Below are positions 15,929 to 22,152 of a stretch of DNA of 25,533 nucleotides, in pieces; the stretch's first letter is position 1, and each line of letters starts with the position of its first letter. The DNA lies in the IMG/VR virus record IMGVR_UViG_3300049432_000034, positions 1-25,533 of that record. One strand, 5' to 3'. Source of the stretch: a virus. Taxonomy: Duplodnaviria > Caudoviricetes. The notes beneath the pieces are model-generated. The model searched no databases. It was not told the DNA's origin and saw nothing but the letters and a program-made list of their open reading frames with translations. Both the position numbers and the translations under genes were made by a program.

Positions 15929-16522
15929 CTAGGGCTCAAAGCCAGGGGTTACGGTCAGCGCCGGCGGCACCTCAGAGAACGGCGGGATACGCCAGGCAAG
16001 GCGTTCCTGGCTGGCAATCTCCACTTCTATGTACCCGCCACCCAAAAGCTGGGATTCTTCCACCGCGCCCACGTCGCTGAATGATTCCCGCAACGTGTTG
16101 CTGTCCACTTCCGCGTACTGCCCGCCGGCCACGTCATCATGCAGGACTTTGTCCTGCAACAGGACTTCACGAATGGCCAGAATCAGGCGCTTCCGCAACA
16201 GGTCCGTTTCCACGTACCCATCAGCCATGCCGAACGCAAAAACGCGCATGCGGTACTTGTACTGGTATTCCTCGTGGCCAGCGTCCAGGTCCGTTTGCTG
16301 GTTCCCCAGCCTGCCGCTGGTGTCATACTCCACCACGGCAATGCAGGGGTACTGACCGATGGCCAGCACGTCCGCTTCCGTGGGGTGGATGTTGTCCGCC
16401 AGCACATCCGGCAGTTCATAGTCAGTCACGCCCAGGCGTTCCCGCATTTCGGCCAGCTTGTCTGGCAAACGCTGGTGCAGACGGCCAACCAGCGCGCGGG
16501 CGACTCCCTCAGGTCCAAGCAT
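15929..16522 (-). CDS. Tail terminator / completion protein, 197 aa
   Basis: Position between neck genes and sheath; YPCIAV...YRMRVF...LRKRLILAIREVL pattern. Confidence 0.65.
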   Translation of the reverse strand: MLGPEGVARALVGRLHQRLPDKLAEMRERLGVTDYELPDVLADNIHPTEADVLAIGQYPCIAVVEYDTSGRLGNQQTDLDAGHEEYQYKYRMRVFAFGMADGYVETDLLRKRLILAIREVLLQDKVLHDDVAGGQYAEVDSNTLRESFSDVGAVEESQLLGGGYIEVEIASQERLAWRIPPFSEVPPALTVTPGFEP

Positions 16523-16989
16523 CAGTTCACGGTTCCTTTCACAATCCAGTCGCGCATGTATTTGGCGAACTGCAGCCGGTCCTTGGCGCTGGGCTTTTGA
16601 ATCATGGGGCGGGCGGGCATCGTTTCCGTGCCGTTCTGGTGGTAGCCCGCATATGGCACACCTGTGCCAATAACCATCCGGTCATGGCTGATGATTTCCG
16701 TTCCAAAGGGCCTGGAAGTCATGGAATCGTACAGGTCACCCGTAAGCTGCAGGATGGGCTTACCCGGGTAGTGCCGCTGTTTCCAGCGGCCATACGCCGG
16801 CGACAGGGCAGACCAGCGCGCGCCGGTATAACTGCCCTCTTGGTCAAACTGTTGCTTCCAGATGCCAGCCTGGAAATCGGCCATGGCTTCAAATGCTGGT
16901 TCTGCGGTTCGGAAGTTTTCCTGGTAACGCTCAAGTTCAACGATGAATGGGCGTTCACCCTCAATGCTGAACCGCAAAATAGCACCCAT
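16522..16989 (-). CDS. Virion morphogenesis (Mu gpG / P2 gpS-like) neck protein, 155 aa
   Basis: FDQEG...WSALSPAY...ILQLTGDLYDS...GTGVPYAGYHQNGT..MPARP motifs. Confidence 0.85.
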   Translation of the reverse strand: MGAILRFSIEGERPFIVELERYQENFRTAEPAFEAMADFQAGIWKQQFDQEGSYTGARWSALSPAYGRWKQRHYPGKPILQLTGDLYDSMTSRPFGTEIISHDRMVIGTGVPYAGYHQNGTETMPARPMIQKPSAKDRLQFAKYMRDWIVKGTVN

Positions 16990-16992
16990 GGG

Positions 16993-17505
16993 TTAAAACC
17001 TCATGTCATCGGCAAAGATGGGCGCGTGGAAATTCGGGCGTATGGACGCCGGAACGGCCACCCCAGCCGTGATACCCACGCCCGCCTTGATAAAGGCCAC
17101 CAGTGACGTGTCCAGCGCGTCCAGGGCTTCCTTGTACCGGGCTTTGAGCTCGGCGGAATAGTTGGTGTTCTCGTTGGTGCCAGCTTTCACCGGGAAAGCC
17201 GCCGCCACGAGGTACCAGGCGGCACCGTTGGTGATGGTGTCCTTGGCCAGGGCGTCCAGCCGGTCAAGGTAGTCCTGGTCCGTCACCCGGAAACGCAGAT
17301 GCAGGCGCAAGTCCACCGCGGCGGTGATATCGGCAATGAACGCTTCCACCTGTGACCGAGTGACCTTGCGGATGGTGGTTTTGTTGTAGGGGTCACCCAG
17401 GGGCGCCGGGTCCGGTGCCGGTCCTGGATCGTTCGCAATAACAATATGGGGGGCCAGCGCCGAAACATCTTCGACGCTGACACCCCACGTTGTGGCCTCA
17501 GCCAT
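16993..17505 (-). CDS. Head-to-tail adaptor, 170 aa
   Basis: Helical, two genes downstream of the capsid gene; VEAFIADI...GAAWYL...YKEALDAL pattern. Confidence 0.65.
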   Translation of the reverse strand: MAEATTWGVSVEDVSALAPHIVIANDPGPAPDPAPLGDPYNKTTIRKVTRSQVEAFIADITAAVDLRLHLRFRVTDQDYLDRLDALAKDTITNGAAWYLVAAAFPVKAGTNENTNYSAELKARYKEALDALDTSLVAFIKAGVGITAGVAVPASIRPNFHAPIFADDMRF

Positions 17506-17523
17506 GGTTTGGGCCTTTCGGGC

Positions 17524-17958
17524 TTAGTCCTTGTCAGCCTTGCGGACGGCGCCAAGGCCAACCGCGCGGTCAACCTGGTGTTCCTCAAGGTCGATGCGTT
17601 CACCCTTTTTGGCGGTCAGGTGCACACCGTCTTCAAAGTAGTTGAACGCATCGTGGACCACGATGACGGACACGGTGGCGTCCGATTCCTCGTCTTCCTG
17701 GTCATCCTCATGGACGGCGGCGAAATCACCCGGGGTGGCCGGGTCCACGTCCTGGGCGGCGGCTTCCGGGGAATCCACCTTGCCATCCACGTCAGACCCG
17801 TGCACGTCCACTTCCGGGGTCACCGCGGGGGTTACCTCAGTAGTGGCCGGCGTGGTTTCATCAGGCTTGGTGTCATCAGGGGTGGCCGGGGCCACTTCCT
17901 CAGGCTTCACCTGGGTGCTTGCAAGGGCATCGGATGCGCTGCGGCGCTGACGTGTCAT
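17524..17958 (-). CDS. Acidic head-associated hypothetical protein, 144 aa
   Basis: Low-complexity D/E/T/P N-terminus plus a small C-terminal domain (KGERIDL...RAVGLGAV); starts 2 nt after the capsid stop. Confidence 0.7.
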   Translation of the reverse strand: MTRQRRSASDALASTQVKPEEVAPATPDDTKPDETTPATTEVTPAVTPEVDVHGSDVDGKVDSPEAAAQDVDPATPGDFAAVHEDDQEDEESDATVSVIVVHDAFNYFEDGVHLTAKKGERIDLEEHQVDRAVGLGAVRKADKD

Positions 17959-17960
17959 GA

Positions 17961-18857
17961 TCAGATGCCCGTCAGTTCCACGAGGGACTTGGGATCAGTG
18001 ATGATGGGCACGGAAACGCGGGCACCCTGGACACGCCAGCGCTCGTTGACCGGTTCGTCAATGTTGCGGGCGTAAGTCGCCAGTTCCTCAGCGTGGACAC
18101 CGGTGATGTTGCGCTGCAGGATGTAGAGCGAACCAGCGGCCTTGCGGTTGGACTGAATCCAGGACAGACCGGCCAGGCCCTCAAGGCGCCCAGTCAGCAG
18201 CGGGTTGTTCGCCACGGCTTCACGGGGAAGCTGATCACGAATGTCCCGGTTCTTGAGCAACTTTGCGGCATCAACGGGGTTGATGATGGCCGTGTCAAAG
18301 CTGTAGTCAAGTTCCTGGCCCTCACCCAGGGCAATGGCGCTGACAATGTCAGCGAACGGGTCCGGGGTGGCCGTGCCCCAGCCGGAAGCCGCAGCCATCA
18401 CCAGTTTGTCCGGGTCATTGGCCAGGGCGTTCATGGCGCGGGTGTCGGTCTTTTTCAGGATCGCGTTGGCAATCTTGGTGATTGCTTCCGTGATCTTGTC
18501 CCGCTGGTTCCGGCGCACCTGTTCGTAGGTGACCAGTGCGGCGGCACCGAACTTGTCCACGATTGCCGTCTGCTTGGAAATCTCACCGATATCCACCAGC
18601 GGGAATTCGTCACCGGGTTCAACGATTTCCACGTCACCCTTGGCCGGGTACTTCTCGTTGGGGCCAAGCGTCCGTTCGTAGACCACAGCACCCGCGGCGG
18701 CGTCACCGGCACGGAAGATGTAGTCACTGATGAACCGGCCCTGCAAGGCCAGGTTCACGGCCTTTTCGATGAACGTGGGGTTTTTCAGCGCCCAGTTCAC
18801 ATTGATGGTCTGCCCGTTGACGGTAGGACCGTTCGGCGGGTATGTCACGTTGCTCAT
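17961..18857 (-). CDS. Major capsid protein (HK97 fold), 298 aa
   Basis: Size and position after protease/scaffold and decoration genes; VEPGDEFP...DKFG...TYE...DTAIINP...PIITDP motifs; GAAAGGGA RBS. Confidence 0.9.
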   Translation of the reverse strand: MSNVTYPPNGPTVNGQTINVNWALKNPTFIEKAVNLALQGRFISDYIFRAGDAAAGAVVYERTLGPNEKYPAKGDVEIVEPGDEFPLVDIGEISKQTAIVDKFGAAALVTYEQVRRNQRDKITEAITKIANAILKKTDTRAMNALANDPDKLVMAAASGWGTATPDPFADIVSAIALGEGQELDYSFDTAIINPVDAAKLLKNRDIRDQLPREAVANNPLLTGRLEGLAGLSWIQSNRKAAGSLYILQRNITGVHAEELATYARNIDEPVNERWRVQGARVSVPIITDPKSLVELTGI

Positions 18858-18878
18858 TTCAGATTCCCTTTCCCGGAC

Positions 18879-19271
18879 CTAGAGCGAAAGCTGGACGTAA
18901 ACGGAATTTCCAACGGTGGCGTCCGTGTACGCAATGGCGTTGTACGGGTCCGTGGCCTGGGTGACGGTCTTGATGGCGCGGCCCTCAGCGTCAGACTTGA
19001 GCCGGTCACCAGCGGCGACGGTGCCGCCGGCGGTCATTTCCACCAGGCCACCGGTCAGAACGCCCACCTCGTCATTGGCGTCCGCGTCGTACTTGGACAC
19101 GCCCACCACGGCGGACGTGGCGGTTGCTTCACCAACGAACGGGCGGGTGGGACGGCCACCGGCCTTGGCGGTCAGGAAGCGCTTGCCACGAACGGCGACG
19201 GCGGAAGCAAAACCGGTGTAGTTCTTGCCTGGATCGTGGACAACGTGCGCGGCATTCAGGTACTTAGCCAT
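18879..19271 (-). CDS. Capsid decoration / cement protein (DUF2190-like), 130 aa
   Basis: VVGVSKYDA...AGGTVAAGDRLKSDAEGRAI...AIA motifs; lies between scaffold and capsid genes. Confidence 0.8.
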   Translation of the reverse strand: MAKYLNAAHVVHDPGKNYTGFASAVAVRGKRFLTAKAGGRPTRPFVGEATATSAVVGVSKYDADANDEVGVLTGGLVEMTAGGTVAAGDRLKSDAEGRAIKTVTQATDPYNAIAYTDATVGNSVYVQLSL

Positions 19272-19843
19272 TACTTGTTACCTCCAACATCAAAGAACGA
19301 AAGGGCGGCGCCGAAATCCTGTTCACCGAAATTCACGGTGTCAGCGTTCTCAGAACCGATTTCCTGGACGGGGATACCCACCCGGGCGGAAAGATAGGTG
19401 ACCGTCTCCGGTTCGTTGGTCATAAGCTGACCGCGGAAGTAGTCCTTTTCCGTGGGGTGAATCTTGCCGGCGGCGGAAAACTGCGTGATAAGCCCCTCAA
19501 CGTGGGCTTTCTGCTTGTCTTCCTTGAGGGTCTTGAGCTCGGCGGCGTTGGCCTGGCTGGTAGCCATGAGTTCAGAGAACGCAACGGCGGAAACCACCAC
19601 GTCCTTGGGTGCGCCCTCAGCAGGTGCGGCGCCGGGGGCGGCATGCTTGCCGGCACCGGTGTTGTCAGATGCGGACGTGACGGCATCGGCGGCGGGTGCG
19701 CCGTTCTGGCCGTCCTTGTTTTCTGCATCTTCCTGGGCCTTGGGCACAAGGTTGGCTTCCGCGGCGGCAGTAAGGATTTCTTCCTCTGTCGCCGTTTCTG
19801 GCAAGCCCAGCTTGTCCCGCAGCTTTTTCAGAACCTCAGACAT
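19271..19843 (-). CDS. Nested in-frame scaffold protein (Mu gpZ-like), 190 aa
   Basis: In-frame ATG (Met293, MSEVLKKLRDKLGL) preceded by AGGGAGGAACCACCA and by an internal late-promoter copy. Confidence 0.75.
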   Translation of the reverse strand: MSEVLKKLRDKLGLPETATEEEILTAAAEANLVPKAQEDAENKDGQNGAPAADAVTSASDNTGAGKHAAPGAAPAEGAPKDVVVSAVAFSELMATSQANAAELKTLKEDKQKAHVEGLITQFSAAGKIHPTEKDYFRGQLMTNEPETVTYLSARVGIPVQEIGSENADTVNFGEQDFGAALSFFDVGGNK

Positions 19844-20719
19844 TGGTGGTTCCTCCCTATTGCTGTCCTGTTCGTTGGCACTGAATGTGCCTAGTACGGT
19901 GTTAGCTTCCGTTCCAGAAAGCTTTGTTTGTGGGACGGGCGGCGTGTCGCTTACCGGCACGTAGGTGCGGCGCTCAACCACTTCCGTCACGTCATCGTTC
20001 AGAGTGATCACCCCGGCATCATCCGCGGTGTAGGTCACCTGGAAGACGCCACCGTTGGAACGGAACCATGCGGTGGTGTCCGTGTAGTCCGTCATCCAGG
20101 GGTATTCCCCAACCTCCATGTCATTGCTGGCAGGGCGGCGGAATTCTTTCTGGATGGCCGAATCCAGCGCTTCCCGCAACGCGTTGGCCGTCAGGCCCCC
20201 TGGCAACGAAAAGTTGGTGGTTTCGATAACGTCCAGGCGGTCACAGTCCACGGAACCGGACATGGCAGACACAGGCCCGCCCAGGCCCTTGACCGCCGGC
20301 GGGGTGCGGCCCAGCAACGCCAGACCGGCCAGTGCGGCCTTGAATTTCTTGGTGACCTTGCCGGTTTCGTCCTTGAGGTTCAGGCCCCATGCGATTTCCA
20401 CGGACCTGTGCGGGTACGCAGACGGCAGGGACTCGGCCAGTTCCTCAGGCATGTTGACGTAGTCACCCAGCAGGGTTTTGCCGTCTTCCGAAAGCCGCAG
20501 GTTGTCCACCTGGCCGTAGGCGGGTTCCCCGTCCCAGGCGGGGTTCTGGTGGCGCGGGTCCAGGTGGCCCTTTTTGATCACAGGCAGGTCAAGGGCCTTG
20601 GACTCGTGGGCTTCCACAATGTCCTTGAGGTCATCCTCACTGATGGACTTGGGGCCAATGGCGGATGACCATGTGCCCACTTTCACCAGCGGGTAGTTCG
20701 GTACGGTAACCAGTTTCAC
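19271..20719 (-). CDS. Mu gpI-like capsid maturation protease fused to scaffold, 482 aa
   Basis: KVGTW, KGH...GEPAYG, YPHRSVE and LAGLALLG.TPPAVKGL motifs of Mu-type prohead proteases; helical C-terminal scaffold. Confidence 0.9.
   Translation of the reverse strand: MKLVTVPNYPLVKVGTWSSAIGPKSISEDDLKDIVEAHESKALDLPVIKKGHLDPRHQNPAWDGEPAYGQVDNLRLSEDGKTLLGDYVNMPEELAESLPSAYPHRSVEIAWGLNLKDETGKVTKKFKAALAGLALLGRTPPAVKGLGGPVSAMSGSVDCDRLDVIETTNFSLPGGLTANALREALDSAIQKEFRRPASNDMEVGEYPWMTDYTDTTAWFRSNGGVFQVTYTADDAGVITLNDDVTEVVERRTYVPVSDTPPVPQTKLSGTEANTVLGTFSANEQDSNREEPPMSEVLKKLRDKLGLPETATEEEILTAAAEANLVPKAQEDAENKDGQNGAPAADAVTSASDNTGAGKHAAPGAAPAEGAPKDVVVSAVAFSELMATSQANAAELKTLKEDKQKAHVEGLITQFSAAGKIHPTEKDYFRGQLMTNEPETVTYLSARVGIPVQEIGSENADTVNFGEQDFGAALSFFDVGGNK
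19897..19948 (-). promoter_or_regulatory. Putative late promoter copy P2, internal to the protease gene (scaffold / decoration / capsid)
   Basis: Minus strand: GACA-CGCCGC-CCGTCCCACA-N19-GAAGCT-AACACC-G; predicted start 54 nt before the scaffold ATG. Confidence 0.7.
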
Positions 20720-20721
20720 GG

Positions 20722-21099
20722 TTACTTCCCCTTTCGTTTGGCCACAGCGGCCAGTTTCTTTTTCCGCACAGCGCCGGCGGTGAATTCATGGACCTTGGCG
20801 CCGCCGGTCTTGGAACGCTGTTGCAGCTTGTTCGCCTGGGTGGCCAATTTCGCGCCGTCCTTGCCTACCTTGGCCAGGTGCTTTTCCGTCTTGGCCATGG
20901 CGGCTTTGTCGCCCTTTCGCCACGCCAGGTTGTCGTCCTTTTCCGCTTTGCGGCGGACCTCAGCAAGGTTGTGCATGCGGTTTTTGTTGTCCATGACCTT
21001 TTTCTTGTGGCCCTGGACCTTGGCGATTTTTTTAGCGCGGCTGGGCTTTGAACCACTGCCGGTGCTGAACTTCCCGCTGGCATCACGCTTGATAGGCAT
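20722..21099 (-). CDS. Basic protein 3 (MPIKRDASGKF...), 125 aa
   Basis: Start reassigned from 21165 to ATG 21099, 5 nt after the upstream stop and matching the paralogues' N-terminal motif. Lys/Arg/Ala-rich. Confidence 0.75.
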   Translation of the reverse strand: MPIKRDASGKFSTGSGSKPSRAKKIAKVQGHKKKVMDNKNRMHNLAEVRRKAEKDDNLAWRKGDKAAMAKTEKHLAKVGKDGAKLATQANKLQQRSKTGGAKVHEFTAGAVRKKKLAAVAKRKGK

Positions 21100-21104
21100 G
21101 GTGG

Positions 21105-21392
21105 TTACCGCTTTTTCGTTGTGCGGCGGGCCAGTTTCTTGGCGGCGGGGGTGTCGCCTACCCACGACTGGAAACCCTTGATGGAATCCGTGCCCTGCTT
21201 GGCCTTGGCCAGACCGGTGGCACCCTTGAGCGCGCGGGGTGCCTTGGCACCCTCAACACGGGCGGTCTTCTGGGCTTTCACGGCACCGCTGGCACGGTTG
21301 CTGACCTTGCCGGCGCGCTTACCCGCGCCGCCGGAACCTGCAGGCCCGCCGGTGCTTGCGAACTTGCCGTTTTTGTCACGCTTGATGGGCAT
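21105..21392 (-). CDS. Basic protein 2 (MPIKRDKNGKF...), 95 aa
   Basis: AGGAA RBS, tight packing, shared N-terminal motif. Confidence 0.75.
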   Translation of the reverse strand: MPIKRDKNGKFASTGGPAGSGGAGKRAGKVSNRASGAVKAQKTARVEGAKAPRALKGATGLAKAKQGTDSIKGFQSWVGDTPAAKKLARRTTKKR

Positions 21393-21401
21393 GGGGGGTT
21401 C

Positions 21402-21629
21402 CTACTTTCGCTTGTTCGCCGCGGCAAGCATCTTGCCCTGTGCGATTTTCAGGGCGGCGGCGCGCGCCTGTGCCCTGGTTGGCTTTTTCTTTTTGGCATC
21501 AGCAGCCCTGCCAGCAAGGATGTGGTCCACACCGCGCTTGGCCAGTGCGGCGCCCCCACTCTTGCCCTTGGCAGACTTGCGCCCGCCATTGGCCACGAAC
21601 TTGCCATCTTTTCCGCGCTTGACCGGCAT
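21402..21629 (-). CDS. Basic protein 1 (MPVKRGKDGKF...), 75 aa
   Basis: GAGGGG RBS; first gene after P1. About 22 of 75 residues are Lys/Arg and only 3 are acidic (manual count). Confidence 0.75.
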   Translation of the reverse strand: MPVKRGKDGKFVANGGRKSAKGKSGGAALAKRGVDHILAGRAADAKKKKPTRAQARAAALKIAQGKMLAAANKRK

Positions 21630-21672
21630 GGTGTTTCCCCTCGTTCCTCACTCGCTTGGCTTTGGTGCCTGA

Positions 21673-21724
21673 TGCCCCGATTATTGACGCGGTGACACGG
21701 TGACTGTGGGACGGGGTCCATGTC
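21673..21724 (-). promoter_or_regulatory. Putative late promoter copy P1 (basic proteins / protease)
   Basis: Minus strand: GACA-TGGACC-CCGTCCCACA-N19-AATAAT-CGGGGC-A. Confidence 0.7.
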
Positions 21725-21739
21725 CGTTTTCGGGCATTG

Positions 21740-21777
21740 AAAAAGCGCCCCACCCCGGGTGAGGGGATGGGGCGCTT
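21740..21777 (-). terminator. Intrinsic terminator after the toxin-immunity pair
   Basis: Minus strand AAGCGCCCCATCCC-CTCACCC-GGGGTGGGGCGCTT-TTT: 14-bp stem with one G-U pair, ending in a U-tract. Confidence 0.8.
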
Positions 21778-21788
21778 AGCTTTGGGGG

Positions 21789-22118
21789 TCAGTCTTCCTG
21801 GTCTTCCTCAGGGTCATCATCAGGATGGTCCCCCACAGGGGTCATGGCCTGGATGCGGTCCTGGACGGCCAGGAATTCAGCCGTGAACACCACGCCAGTG
21901 GCCTTGTCCACGAACACCGCCGGCGCATCCTGGATTTCGTATTCAACGTCCCCGTCTTCCAGGTACTCTTGCGCGCCCTCAATGACCAGGAACGCTTGGT
22001 CATCTTCCCAGCCGTAGGGGGCCACCATGTAGGTGCCCGGGTAATCCTCGTTTTCCCAATCGGCTTCATTCTCTGCCCGGACAGCTTCCCGGGCCTGGTC
22101 AAAAGTCAGTTCTGCCAT
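21789..22118 (-). CDS. Candidate immunity protein (Imm35/YrhB-like), acidic, 109 aa
   Basis: Directly downstream of the toxin domain. LTFDQAREAV...WEDDQAFLV...APAVFVDKATG resembles the Imm35/PepSY-like VDKxTG signature. Confidence 0.6.
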   Translation of the reverse strand: MAELTFDQAREAVRAENEADWENEDYPGTYMVAPYGWEDDQAFLVIEGAQEYLEDGDVEYEIQDAPAVFVDKATGVVFTAEFLAVQDRIQAMTPVGDHPDDDPEEDQED

Positions 22119-22152
22119 GGTCTAAATGATCCTCTCAACCGTGCCTGTTTCA

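Noticed and set aside
19146-19155. CCGTCCCACC near-match to the late-promoter box inside the decoration gene
   Set aside because: No GACA half-site, and the hexamer at the expected spacing is CAACCG, lacking the final T.
20722-21165. Track start at 21165 (147 aa) for basic protein 3
   Set aside because: It overlaps the upstream gene by about 60 nt. ATG 21099 gives the shared MPIKR N-terminus.
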